Source: Folioceros fuciformis (taxonomy: Eukaryota). Taken from it: a stretch of 64,000 nt of DNA. The notes beneath the pieces were generated by a model that ran no database searches, was not told the DNA's origin, and saw only the letters and a list, made by a program, of their open reading frames with translations. A program made the translations under genes and the position numbers. Location: positions 280,485 through 344,484 of the forward strand of contig JBNGIO010006279.1 of the NCBI GenBank assembly GCA_049999805.1, written 5' to 3'. Of the stretch, positions 25,601 to 38,050 are shown piece by piece (position 1 is the stretch's first letter; the number at the start of each line of letters is the position of its first letter).

Positions 25601-27126
25601 TCAATGCCATAGTGGTGCTGACTCATGCTGCATCTGCACCTCCAGATGGTCCCAATGGCCTTCCACTGAGCTACGAGATGTTCGTTGCTCAAAGGTCACA
25701 TGTGGTTCAACATACCATTCGGCAGGCTGCCGGGGACATGCGGCTGATGAATCCTGTCTCACTTGTGGAGAATCACCTAGCTTGCAGGACGAACCGAACT
25801 GGGCAAAGGGTGCTACCGAATGGTCAGATTTGGAAACCACAATTGCTTCTTCTATGTTTTGCCTCCAAGATTCTTGCAGAAGCGAACTCTCTCCTGAAAT
25901 TACAGGATAATACGCAAGGGCGTCCTTTTGGCACTCGACAGAGGGTGCCTCCTCTGCCCTTCCTCTTATCGTCTCTGTTGCAGTCTCGGCAGCAGTTGAA
26001 GCTGATGGATGATCAGGGTGGCGATGAGGACGAATCAGATGAGGATCTTGACGACGAGGAGGAGTCCGAAGATGAGGCCGAGTACGATCAGCTTCCTCCG
26101 TTCAGGCGCCTTTCCAGAGAAGAAGTGATGGATTTAGATGAGCAGCAGAGGAAGGAATACTTTCAGGAGCTGGCAGACAGGGAGAGGCTTTTTCAGAAAA
26201 AGCACTGGAGGGAAGAGCTGAGGAGGAGGAAGGAATCGAAGAAGAGGATGGCAGCGGCATCTAAGGAACAGCTTGCAGACGAAGCCGCTGAAGAAGAGAG
26301 TGCTAGGGCGGCGGCTGTGCCTGTTCCTCTTCCTGACATGGTCTTACCTCCGTCCTTTGACTCCGACTCTCCTACACACAGGTACAGGTACTTGGAGACA
26401 GCCAATCAGTGGTTGGTTAGGCCTGTTTTGGAGACTCATGGCTGGGACCATGATAGCGGCTACGATGGTTTTAGTGTGGAGAAAGGTTTTGTAGTGAAGA
26501 ACAAGATACCTGCTCAAATCTCTGGTCAAATTACCAAGGACAAGAAGGAAGCCAATCTTACAATGGAATGTGCAGCCTCTTTCAAACATGGTGAGGGTAA
26601 GGTCACGCTCTCAGGGCTGGATGTGCAAACAATTGGCAAAGATCTCGCTTACACTCTTCGGAGCGAGACGAGGTTTAGCAACTTCAAGCAAAACAAAACC
26701 ACTGCAGGAGTGGCGTTGACGTTACTCGGGGATGCCATCGCAGCTGGCTTGAAACTGGAGAACAGACTGCTCGTGGGCAAAAGGCTTAAAGTCGTTGTCA
26801 ATGGGGGCGCCTTGACAGGCAGGGGGGACATGGCATATGGAGGAAGTTTGGAGGCAACCCTACGGGATGAGGATTATCCCTTCAGCCGAACGCTCTCTAC
26901 GCTGGGTCTTTCGATCATGAACTGGCATGGGGATCTGGCCATTGGTGGCAATCTGCAGTCACAGTTTCTGGTCGGAAAGACCATGGTTAGTGCTCGAGCC
27001 AATCTGAACAACAGAGGTGCTGGGCAAATCAGTATCCGAGCTAGCAGTGCGGAGCAGCTTCAGATGGCGTTGATAGGCGTCATTCCCATTTTGCGGTCAC
27101 TCTGGGCGCACACACGCTCCTCTTGA
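22621..27126 (+). CDS. TOC159-family: Chloroplast import receptor, Toc159/132/120 family (acidic A domain, AIG1-type G domain, M domain)
   Basis: [69 protein letters not shown] and a long acidic N-terminus in one exon. First ATG is 22621; the frame is open further upstream. Confidence 0.95.
24049..24246 (+). repeat. 24 bp coding repeat (KPEAEPES-like, ~8 copies) in the Toc A domain
   Basis: aagcctgaagccgag recurs with 24 bp period. Confidence 0.85.
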
Positions 27127-28781
27127 AGCTGCCTCGAGTTCTTCGTATCTTGTTTGACCCCTCCACGCATGAGGAGATGGCAGGTGCCGGCACGACCGAA
27201 TGGTGAGTTCTGTGGCGCCGTCCGGTATCCGAGCGAGAGCTCTGGCCTACGTTATTCGCTATTGCTTGCTGCTTTGGAAGTTGTGCTGAGTCTTGTAGTT
27301 TCCAAGTCGCTATTGCGACATGCATTTTTGGTGCCTATCTAGCTTGTCTACCAAGAAGTGTAATCTTATACGAAACCCTGAAGTGACCAGGACCTCGTTT
27401 AGTCCTTTCTTGGCCTTCTCCTCTTCTTTATCTATTCGGTCAGACGCTTGTCCACGCCACCCAGTCGGTGGAGCTGACGTCTCGGGCGTGTGCCTTGTGG
27501 CGCCCGGAATGCCTTGCTCTCACATGGCGCCTGCGTCTTCCACCAGCCCACAGGTTTGATCCCCGTTTTATTCGCCCACCTTATCCAGCTCCATAAAACC
27601 TCGGACAGCGGGCCGCGCCTACCGGGACTGCTGGGGCCCCCTTTCGCGCCTTCCCTTCCTTCCGTCTCCACTCTTTTCGGACGTGCAAATCCGGATCCCG
27701 TGACAGGCGTTGCAGCTCCAAGCTCCTACTGCTTGCCTCCTTTGCATTCCCCTGCCTGCCTCTTTTGCATCCCACTGCCTGCCTCTTTTGCATCCTAGTT
27801 GTGATCTCAGGAGGTGAGGCAGCTGAATTGTGTTGCGCTCATGAGCTCTCGGATCTCCTGCATGGCAGGTGCCCAGAGTTCGGATCCTCCGGCACTTGCT
27901 GCGTCTTGCGCCACTGGTAATTGTGTGCCTTTCGGTTTCAGAAACCTGTTCCACAGCAGCAGAGCTTGTTTCCTTACACCACCAGCCGGTTCTCTGTCCC
28001 GTACTGGCTCACTTGCTTCCTTTCTTTGCTTCCTTTGGCTTGGCAGCCGCGCTACTGGTGCAGCCAGTCAGCATTGCGGTGTCGCTCTCCGCGGCTGCGC
28101 TTGTCCATCAGTCGACCAATCTGGATAGTAGAGGACTTTGAAGGTGCTCCAGGAACTGAAAACTTTTCACTCACTATTTGAGGTACTGGAGCGCGCGTAA
28201 GCGTTTTCGGCTTGGGAGTGAGATTCGGAGCTCTGCATGCCTTGGAATGTCTGTCAAGTTGCGTCGCTTCCCTTTTTGGTTCGTCGGATAAATTTTGACT
28301 CATTCGTCTGGATCCGTCTGTCTTTTGTTCACAGGTGGCTTAATCTGTTGCATTGCCACTTGCGCAGCAATTTTGTCTTGCCTAGAGCATCAAGCTGATA
28401 GAGCACATGAGGTTTATGAGTAATAGAAGCATGTAGTGTAGTTACCGAACACTATCCTTCACAAAGTCTCCCTGGCCGCTCTCTTTTTTATGTTGTACAA
28501 AGAGCATGTAGTTTATTTACATCCCTGGTTCATGGTGTGTTAATGTAGTACACTGAGAATGAGTTTCATTCACATCCTTGGTTCACTGTTTGTCAAATGT
28601 TGTACAGTAAGAATGGAGTTCGTTTACATACTTGGTTCATGGTTTGATAACATCGTTCATTTCCATCCTTGGTTCAACAGTGTCTGCATTATGTGTCGGT
28701 GTAGTCGGAAAAAAAAACAAAAGTTGCTTGTGCCCCGGACTTTCTGCCGAAGGTTTTGTGACCACGTGTGCAGGTTGAGTC

Positions 28782-30905
28782 ATGGGTCCCAACAGTCTGG
28801 CGATCATTGGGGGGAGGACAAGTTTTGCTTGCCTACCAGTTCCTGCTGCAACTGCTACGTCAACAGCAGCACGGTCAAATCTTGTGGAAGCACCCTGTGC
28901 CAGGTTTGTGAACGATTCTGGTGCTGTCCGTGGTAGTGATCGCTTGTGTTCGTTGAAGTGCTAGTATTTATCCCGTAAGTTTTTCCTCGTTCCTTTTCTG
29001 TAGACTTTGGACCCACGAAAATGGACGTGAGCAGAACAGACTTACAATGAAGACCTTGCGAAACCGTCGTTCCACGTCCTCCTGTGCTGTTGCCAGTGAT
29101 GGCCACTTCGTTACTATTTCCTCAGAAAATGTACGGTTTCTCATCAGTCCTCTTCCCTGACTGCCTCGTTGTAGTTTATCGCACTGTTCATTTTTCTCTC
29201 TCGCGAAGCAGGTGATGTGGCTAGCAAGAGAGCATTTCAGGCAGGAAGTTGCTTCGTCAGATGAAGATATCTCTCTTGCAGAGGTAAGTCTTTGCCAATT
29301 GACCTACTACCTGCCTTGCTCTAGACAGGGTGAGGGATGCACTGGAACTTTTCTTGCAATATCTTTCTAGCGGTGTGAAACCAGTCTAAGATCGATGCGC
29401 TCCCATGAGTAATCATCTCGTTGATAGTGCAGGTGGCATTGCTGATTGCAGCTGAAGACGAAGCCTTTCTTTCTGCAGACAGGGAGAAAGATGTCATTGC
29501 TGTACAGAAGGAGGGACGGACTCCACGTGTCGCTGCTCCCCAGAAAGCAGTTGGGTGCGGTGTTGGGGTGCTTCCGCTGGGCGGTTTGACCATTACTGAA
29601 TGGTTGATCAAGATCAATCATCTGTCGAGCCAAGCCAAGGCTCATCTTTTCAGTAATGGCTGTGACCATAGTTCTGTGGAGATTTTGAAAGCAGTCCATG
29701 CTGCTATCTTCGAGGTGCATGGTTTCACCAGGAGGACATACTTGTCCACCGATGTGAGAAGCTCTTACCTTCACCTTGTGATGGATCATGGTTCTGGCAC
29801 TGGTATGTTGCTCGTCAACTTATTGATCGTGATTCTTAGCAAAAAGCAATCAACTTGCTCTCATTCCAATCGTGTGGCAGCTGTGATGTTGAGCATTTTG
29901 TTCATCGAAGTATGCAAGGAACTAGGCTTGAGGATGCAAGCGACTGCTCTTGGTGAGAGATTTGTGACGTGGGCAACTGTGGCAGGCGAACAGGCATGTA
30001 GAGTTTCCATTCTAATTCGACATTATCTGAACATCTAGATTGTGATTGGTCGATGGTTTTCAAACGACTCTGTTTGGCTATACTCAGATGAGTTTTGAGC
30101 CTTGGGAAGGATTGAAGTGCTTGTTTTCGGAGAATGATCCCAAGGTGCCTCAGTCACGACGCTCGTTTGTGGTCAATCTCAATCTGAGCTGCGAGAAAAT
30201 TTTGGAGCCTGCATCGAATCGAGACATCCTTGGGATTGCCTTGCAAAACCTGAAGGTTATTGTCTAATCCACTGGAACATTAATAGGTTCTTGTAGGATG
30301 CATCCTAATGCCCAGGTTTGATGTCGCAGAGAATACATTGGAAGCAGGCAACAAGGGCTTGCCCTGGACTCTCCATAGACTCACCACTGCACCCTATGGT
30401 TTCGATACGGAGTCGACCCGTTAATGAGCCATTACTGCGCCCTCGAGAACTGCGGTATTTCCTTTACTGAAATTTTCATAAAAACTTCCTTACACGATGG
30501 GTAATCTGACTGTGTGTTCGTCATCTCTTCCCACTTGCAGACTTGCTCTGTCCGCTTCTGAACGTCTTTTGATTCTTCACCCCCGAAACTGGAACTTGCG
30601 AAAGGACCATGGCTTACTTCTTTACCATTCCAGGTGAGTTAACGCACGCCGAGATGCATGGACTGCAGAGGGCAAGGTGGGGTAGTTGGCCGTAGTGACT
30701 GGCCGCGATGTATTAATTCGATCCCCCTTTTTTTTATGGTAGGCGGTTTGGAGAGGCCGTCCAGGAACTAAGTATATATATGGCCTTCGCTCCAGCACAA
30801 GAAATGGAGCTTCTCGGGCCGTTTGTGGAGAAATTGCATCTCATGCGTTTTGAAGCAAAATGGAGCTTGTGGAACCCTCTCAACAATCCTCCTGCTATGG
30901 CGTAG
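28782..30905 (+). CDS. Transglutaminase-like (Transglut_core2/SirB1-like) plus TPR-like conserved plant protein, multi-exon
   Basis: VALLIAAEDEAF, VMLSILFIEVCKELGL, ASNRDILGIALQNLK, ASERLLILHPRNWNLRKDHGLLLYH and FGEAVQELSIYMAFAP...FVEKLHLMR; stop TAG at 30903-30905. The start is tentative. Confidence 0.75.
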
Positions 30906-31562
30906 GAGTCTACGATTATTGGTAGCAAGTAGCCATGAGCTATATGTACCCAAGGCATGTTATGGGGACCTCATACATTGGCTGTGAGGCTCTCGCAAGA
31001 CAGCTTTGTATTATATTGGAAATAAATACTTTATGCTTTAATTTTGGGTTTATGCAAGTTTTTGTACTTGATTTCATGTGTCTTGGGATTAGAGAATATG
31101 TCCTTCATTAGACTTTGATACAATACCCATGGAAGCTCTAAAAGCTATCATTTCCAAAAAGTTTTATGCACAAGGAAATAAATTATTTATTTAAATTTAA
31201 AAAATAAAAGTCCTTAGTGTTTTCCCTAGAGGATAGTGCATTTTGTTTAGGTGAAGGGCAGCATGTTTTGCTTATTTCCAAGAGACTCATTTTTGTGTTG
31301 CCAAGAATCACTTAGGCTCTATGTATGTTGATATTGTCCAATTGTTGGAGCTAGGTGTTGAGTCCCATAATTTGAGTTGCAAGGCATGTGTAATGCATTG
31401 GCTGTGATTTATGTGCTTAAGCGGAGGCAGAATTTGAGGTTACGACTACACTTCCTAGTTGTGGCCTTTGATAGGAAATGTAGCCTTTGAGAATTGCATA
31501 GGTAAAAGGAAGACCGACATTCCAACACCCCAACAAATTGGTCTAGCTGCAAGGTTCCTACA

Positions 31563-32480
31563 TTGGATTGGGTCCACATGGTGGTTGCATTAACAATCAC
31601 AGTGCAAATTGGGGTGGAGCACGACTTCTCAAATCTTTTGAATTTCCGGCTTGCCAGCAAGGCAACATTTAAGCCTAGAGAAGTAAGGCAACATTTAAGC
31701 CTAGAGAAGCAGAGAGACAAGCTTGCAAGACTCATTCAAAGCCAAGGAGTGGCTAAGTATGTCAAGGAATTCCAAGATCTCATGTTGGTGATTGTGGAGA
31801 TAAGTTAATCGGAGATGCAAGATAAATACGTGGAAGGTTTGAAGTTTGCCATTTGGAAGGAGGTTGCTATGCGTGATTGCTACACCTTACAAGAGGCTAT
31901 GGTAGTTGCTTCTTGGGTTGCTACACCTTACAGGAGGCTATGGGAGGCTATGGTAGTTGCTTCTTGGGTTGCTACACCTTACAGGAGGCTATGGTAGTTG
32001 CTTCTTGGGTTGCTACACCTTACAGGAGGCTATGGTAGTTGCTTCTTGGGTTGCTACACCTTACAGGAGGCTATGGTAGTTGCTTCTTGGGTTGCTACAC
32101 CTTACAGGAGGCNNNNNNNNNNNNNNNNNNNNNNNNNNNNNNNNNNNNNNNNNNNNNNNNNNNNNNNNNNNNNNNNNNNNNNNNNNNNNNNNNNNNNNNN
32201 NNNNNNNNNNNNGTTGCTACACCTTACAGGAGGCTATGGTAGTTGCTTCTTGGGCTGACACGCTACTTTCTAGAGGCCCACTTCAACCATGGACGAGGTG
32301 GAGGGGTGATGATGCTAATGCCCCAAATACAACTACAACTGGTCTTGTCCCAACGAAGTTGAGCCGCATCCAACAATTTAGGGGGTAGTATTGCATATGC
32401 AATGAGTAGGGACACTAGTGTTTAGGGGGTAGTATTGCGCATGCAATGAGTAGGGACACTAGTGCCTAGTAGCTGCCCAT
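31563..32480 (+). mobile_element. Degenerate Ty3/gypsy retrotransposon gag fragment
   Basis: RDKLARLIQSQGVAKYVKEFQDL...DKYVEGLKFAIWKEV...TLQEAMVVA (retrotransposon gag pattern), a VPTKL motif and a decayed CxxCxxxGH knuckle near 32390; multiple stops. Confidence 0.75.
31878..32250 (+). repeat. 41 bp tandem repeat inside the gag remnant (spans a 100-N gap)
   Basis: Unit gctacaccttacaggaggctatggtagttgcttcttgggtt, at least 6 copies. Confidence 0.92.
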
Positions 32481-33363
32481 GACTGGGAGCAATGTGCCCA
32501 ATACATGAACGTGGGATTTAAGGGGGAAGGAATAATTCAACTGGGAGAGCTACTATAACTAGAGTTGTTGAGCTACCTTACTTGTGGAGGTTAATATATT
32601 AAATTAATAATAAATAATTAATCAATTATTATATATTTTATATTATATCTTATTTTTAATTTTAGGTGGATGGATTCATTTGATTTGCTTTCATAGGGAA
32701 GCTGACCTCCTCCTTTCCTTGTGCACGTCCTTCCCCTCTTCTCGCAAGAAGCTCATGTTAAGGTCCATGTCTAAAAAATTTCATCCTATAAATTGAATTA
32801 AAAATATTTTTAAATCTAAATAAATAATCTGATTTGATGTAAATGAATGTTTTAGAAATGATAGCGTGTACCTAATGTACCCGGAAAAACAAAACTCTGC
32901 CGATTCTTGAGGGAGAAGAAGCATAGGAACGGAGACCAAACAATTAAAAAACATTAAAGTGTAAATTAAATTAAATTGTACGTAACTGCTGTATGCGAAG
33001 CTTGTTGAGTGGTGGAAGCAAAGATCCTTTACCTCTGCTGTCCCTGGGATACTCGTGTCGCAAACATGCTGTCATTGCCAAATCGATGGGCCGCATTCCG
33101 TGATCGGCAGCCAGGTTGGGGCCAGTGTGAGGACCAGGGCTATGAAGGTGCTTGTCCAGCTGAGCCTGCGGACATCAGGTATCTGACGCAGGGAAGAAGG
33201 CCAGCGTCTGGGCTGCGCGCCACAGATTTCTTGAATCTGGCCTGAATTTTGCAGGATTAGGTCATCGCATTGTGGAGAATCGGTAGGGAAGGGAGCAAGG
33301 CGCAGGCGGGAGCAGGCGCCAGGCGGAGGCTCTTTTAGGTTTGCCGGCTCATGATTGTCGGCA

Positions 33364-35736
33364 ATGGCATTCAGGGGGCTAGGATCGCAGTCCTGTAGAC
33401 GGATTATCAGACGGCCTCGTCAATCCTTCTCCTCCTGCCACTCAGATGTGTTTGCTTTCACCGGATCCGTTCCAGGTGCAGCCGAGGAGGCTGCTGCCGT
33501 GTCGGGTTCCCACGTGCTGGAATCGGTGTTTCAGCGCACACTCTCGCGGCGGGTCATTTGGGGGTCGCATTGCGGATCTGCATTGTCTGACGGCGGGTCC
33601 AGGGAGAAGCACAGCCAGGTGGAGGAGGATGCGGCTGGTAAGTTCGTGAGGAACTTGGACAGGGGATTTGGTTTTGCGGGAGAAGGGTATGGAGCCTGTA
33701 GGAGCTTCCCTGTTGCGGAGGGGTTGGGATCTGCCAGGTTCGGTGGGAACATGAGGTGGTTTTCGTCTCCGACAAGAGTGTATGATCAAGCCCTCCAAAC
33801 GGCGGTCTCGCATGCCACTGCAGCAGGCTATAAAGATGAGGAGGAAAAGGATGTGCCTAAAGTTCGGAAGGCAGAGGCGTCAGCTGAAGAGTGTGACCAA
33901 GCCGTGGTCGGGCTCACTTCTGCATCTGCCAAGGCCAAAATGAAGCAATCTCAGGAGCCTCCTAAGAAGACCGACACTGGATTTGCGCGGAAGTTCTGGA
34001 ACATGATTCTTGGGATCGGCCCTGCGCTGAGAGCAGTCGCGTCCATGAGCAGACAGGACTGGGCGATCAAAATCTCGGGGTGGAGGAAAGCTTTCTGGGC
34101 GGAAATGCAGCATTACTGGGTGGGAACCAAGCTGCTTTGGGCGGATGTGAGGATTTGCGTGCGCCTTCTTTCAAAGTTGGCTGCCGGGAAGAGCCTCTCC
34201 CGCCGAGAGAGGCAGCAGCTAACCCGTACCACGGCAGACATCTTTCGGCTCGTGCCTTTTGCTGTTTTTATTATTGTCCCGTTTATGGAGCTTTTACTTC
34301 CCGTGTTTCTGAAATTGTTTCCAAATATGCTGCCATCGACATTCCAAGACAAGATGAAGGAGCAGGAGGAACTGAAGAAGAGGCTGAATGCCAGGATACA
34401 GTATGCCAAGTTCCTGCAAGAGACTGTAGGGGAAATGGCAAAGGAGCTGAAAACGTCAAGAACTGGGGACCTGCAAAGGTCTGCCAAGGACTTGGATGAG
34501 TTCATGAGCAAAGTAAGGAAGGGAGTTGACGTGAAGAATGAAGAGATTTTAGGTTTCGCCAAGTTGTTCAATGATGAACTGACGTTGGACAACATCAGCA
34601 GGCCTCGACTTGTGAGCATGTGCAAGTACATGGGCATACAACCTTATGGAACGGATGCTTACCTTCGCTTCAGTCTGCGCACTAAGCTTTCCGGGATCAA
34701 GGCAGATGACAGAATGATTCAGCAGGAAGGGGTGGAGTCGCTGTCAGAGTCAGAACTTAGGGCTGCCTGCAGGGACAGAGGAATGCTGGGCCTGGTTTCT
34801 GTTTCTGAGATGCGACAACAGCTACGAGACTGGCTGGACCTATCTTTGAATCACTCTGTTCCTTCATCTCTACTCATTCTCTCAAGGTCCTTCGTAGTTA
34901 CAGGAAGGATAAGCCGTGAGGATGCCATTGAAGCAGCACTGTCCTCTCTCCCTGAGGAGGTGGTTGGCTCCGTGCAAGCCACGGTTCCCAGTGAGGATGC
35001 TTTGGCTGATGCCAAGCGCAAGCTGGAATTATTGCATGAACAAGAGAAGCTCATCAAAGAAGAGGCGGCAAAGGAGTTAGAGCAGCAGAAGCACCTGAAA
35101 CCAGAGGTCAGTGAGCGTCTGCGGCAAGAGGTTGATGTCACGAGTGCAAAGGATGCTCGGGAAAAGGCGAAGCTTAAAGCTGAAGAGAAGCAGGAGCAGT
35201 TGTGCAAGATCAGTAGTGCCCTTGCTGTACTGGCTTCGGCATCCTCTGTGAGCAAGGAGCGTGCAGACTTCTTGAACCTGGTCAACAAAGAGATTCAGCT
35301 GTACAACAGCATGGTGGAGAAGGAAGGTACGAAAGATGAGGAGGATGCTCGGAGAGCTTATCATGCTGCCAGAGAGGACAGTGACCATGCAGCTGAAGTT
35401 GCATCTGGCTCCAAGGTGTCGGCTGCCCTTGTTAGTCGAATTGATGCTATGCTTCACAAACTAGAGAAGGACTTGGACGAAGTTGATGCCAAGATCGGCG
35501 ATCGGTGGCGAATACTTGATAGGGATTCTGACGGGAAGGTGACTCCAGAAGAAGTTGCAACAGCTGCCATGTTTTTGAAGGACACCCTGGGTCAGGAGCC
35601 AGTACAAGAGCTTATCAGCAATCTGGCCAAAGATCCGGAGGGTAAGATCCTGGTCGAGGACATCGTGAAGCTGGGTGCTGCTGCGGATTTGAAGGACGTG
35701 GCCGAAGATGAAAAGCTGCGGCACCACTTCTCGTAG
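33364..35736 (+). CDS. LETM1: Mitochondrial LETM1 cation/H+ exchanger with EF-hand; intronless CDS
   Basis: HYWVGTKLLWADVRI, RTTADIFRLVPFAVFIIVPFMELLLPVFLKLFPNMLPSTF, FNDELTLDNISRPRL and EF-hand DRDSDGKVTPEE. Confidence 0.95.
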   Translation: MAFRGLGSQSCRRIIRRPRQSFSSCHSDVFAFTGSVPGAAEEAAAVSGSHVLESVFQRTLSRRVIWGSHCGSALSDGGSREKHSQVEEDAAGKFVRNLDRGFGFAGEGYGACRSFPVAEGLGSARFGGNMRWFSSPTRVYDQALQTAVSHATAAGYKDEEEKDVPKVRKAEASAEECDQAVVGLTSASAKAKMKQSQEPPKKTDTGFARKFWNMILGIGPALRAVASMSRQDWAIKISGWRKAFWAEMQHYWVGTKLLWADVRICVRLLSKLAAGKSLSRRERQQLTRTTADIFRLVPFAVFIIVPFMELLLPVFLKLFPNMLPSTFQDKMKEQEELKKRLNARIQYAKFLQETVGEMAKELKTSRTGDLQRSAKDLDEFMSKVRKGVDVKNEEILGFAKLFNDELTLDNISRPRLVSMCKYMGIQPYGTDAYLRFSLRTKLSGIKADDRMIQQEGVESLSESELRAACRDRGMLGLVSVSEMRQQLRDWLDLSLNHSVPSSLLILSRSFVVTGRISREDAIEAALSSLPEEVVGSVQATVPSEDALADAKRKLELLHEQEKLIKEEAAKELEQQKHLKPEVSERLRQEVDVTSAKDAREKAKLKAEEKQEQLCKISSALAVLASASSVSKERADFLNLVNKEIQLYNSMVEKEGTKDEEDARRAYHAAREDSDHAAEVASGSKVSAALVSRIDAMLHKLEKDLDEVDAKIGDRWRILDRDSDGKVTPEEVATAAMFLKDTLGQEPVQELISNLAKDPEGKILVEDIVKLGAAADLKDVAEDEKLRHHFS

Positions 35737-36037
35737 GTTTATCACTTCATTTGTGACAATTGTGTTGCGAGCTCTGTGCATCCTGCTCCAATTATTACGG
35801 ACACTATCTCACGGGTTATCCGCACGTCAATTGTATTACAAACATTGAGGTCCAGGACTCGAACGTGATCATGAGGATTGGCACGCAGTCAGTATAGCCC
35901 AAAACTCTACCCGTTCGGCGCCCCTCATGGCTATAAAACCGGGCAAATGCACTCACATCGATGGCCTTCATGTGAGTGCGACGATTTGGACTGAGACGCA
36001 ACGCCAAAACGCGAACGCCCTCCTACGATCCTCCAAC

Positions 36038-37837
36038 CTATGTGGGGAACAACAACAAGCCTAGCAAGGTTGTTGTCAGAGGAACAGTGACGTTGTCGTC
36101 GTACTTCGTCGTTAACGGAAGGGATTCAACGACAGTCGCCGCAAGAGCGATAGCAGCCACCTTGGGGAGGGCCTCAACCACGTCCAATTGGAAAAAGCCC
36201 AAGGCGGAGAAATACCACAGGAACCTGGGAAACAAACATGTGGTGAGGTGAATAGTCGGAGTGAGTTGAAGAAACAAGTACTTCTCTTCACCTGCAGCAG
36301 AAATGGTCGTCATCCAGCCAAGGATTTCCACACATACCCCACAGAAACCAAGAAGCCGAAAGAGCACATTGCCCAGCTTCCAGCCCAGCTTTTATCTGCG
36401 TTGTATGGAAGCTTGAGTCCCCCGTATCGTCGACCCACTATGTCTGCAACACCTGCAGGATTGGACGCAGGTCACACATGTAAACCAACGGAGATGGAGA
36501 GCATGGGTGCATGCAGAAAGCGCAGTTGAGGATCCACGCATGTTACCATCCCCGCCGCACATCATTGCCAGGGAAATCACGCCGATGGGAGAGTCTCTCC
36601 AAAATAAGATGGTGCTGACCATCAGGACGATCAGGTAGTAGAGAGGACCCCGCAGCAGTTCTCTGCACCCAAGAACATCCACCTCCACTCAGTGCCTGAC
36701 CTGCTGGGCAAAGAATAGTTAGGAATAACGGAGCTTTCTCTGCTCCACTTGGCCAAGGCGTGCAAGGGCATGCGAGCTCATATTGCCCAGAGACTTACTT
36801 GGGGTCCCCTTCTCGGCTCATGGAGGTTACAAGGCTCTCATTTGCTTGAATTCCGACGGCGGCGGTGATGCATCTCACAATGTTGAGAAGGGGGACCAGT
36901 GCCGCCGTGTACCGAGCTCCTGGAGACAAACTAGTAGAGACGAAGCACAGATTGTGTGAGGCCAAGTACAAGTTCGTCCCTTCTGGCGAAAGAGCGACTA
37001 CAACAACCATGGCATGATGAGAACAGAACCTGAAGAGAGGCCAACATGCCAAGTACAGGAGACCGGATGAGATGTGCACCAATTTTCTGCTCAACTTCTG
37101 TCACACAGCCAGCAACTGTCTCAGACCATGCCCACATGCACTGACTTAGAGACACGGCTGGCGCCTGATAACCTCAAACCACCACCCGCACGTACTCGCT
37201 CAACGATCTTCCGCTGGCCAAGGAATCCGAAGATCTTCACCCACACCACCGCTCCCACTAGAACCAGCCCCATAGCGCCTAAGTCGTGCGGCACGTTGAA
37301 GAAGTGAAAATGCGGCTCCGCGGACACTATCTCCCGCCACTCCTGCTGCACTGAGGCCTGATGCCCGCTGCTGCACTGTGGCCTGGCCACACGTCCCGTC
37401 CCAAGAACCCACCAATCGCCGGCTCTCCCCTTCTTCCATCTCGCTGTATGGAATTGTCCTCCAGCCAAAGCTACCAAGCTCCTGGATTGGCGCCAGCTGC
37501 TCCCATTACCCCGGAGCGCACAATCTTCCACTCCACACAGCTCCGCGAGCTCAGCCCTGCAGCATTCCGCGCAGCCCAGGGCAGGAGAATGGACCCAACC
37601 CCACCGGCGGAAAGTGGTGGATGCTTTGGGGAGCTCCGAGAGCACCCACCACTGAGGCACAACAGCTCGTAACCGGGTATGAAGCACATGTCGTTGCAGG
37701 AGAGGTACAGTAACAGATTTCAAGAACTGCTGCCCACACGACCAGCACGAGAGACTAGGAAGAGGCACAGCGTAGTGGCGCATCTCGCGCTGAGGAGACG
37801 GCAAGGAGATGCGTTTGGAGGCCAGGAAGCCCGCCAT
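36038..37837 (-). CDS. VTE5: Phytol kinase (CTP_transf/dolichol kinase family), plastid, multi-exon
   Basis: SRKLVHISSGLL, SMSREGDPK/ELLRGPLYY, FWRDSPIGVISLAMMCGGDG, KSWAGS and VESLP...DDNVTVPL. Closer to VTE5 than farnesol kinase by remembered motifs. Confidence 0.85.
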
Positions 37838-38050
37838 AGCTACAGTTCGCTATTTGCATTCCTCTTATCCTTTGCTCATCCAGATCACCAATGGAGTACA
37901 TAAAAATGCGTTGCATTTCATCCAAATCTTGCTATCTCTCGGGACCGGTGCCCTGACCCGTGGCTCCAACAGCCAGTTCCATTTCCTCCTAACTTCTAAC
38001 TCCGTGCAGTAAGTAAGAGCAGGACACAATTTCTTTTCAAATTACGCAGA

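Noticed and set aside
22117-25692. Long antisense ORFs over the Toc gene
   Set aside because: Shadows of GC-rich, Glu-rich coding sequence on the opposite strand.
27430-28330. GC-rich segment with short ORFs and splice-like sites
   Set aside because: More likely promoter/5'UTR exons of the downstream gene; no coding evidence.
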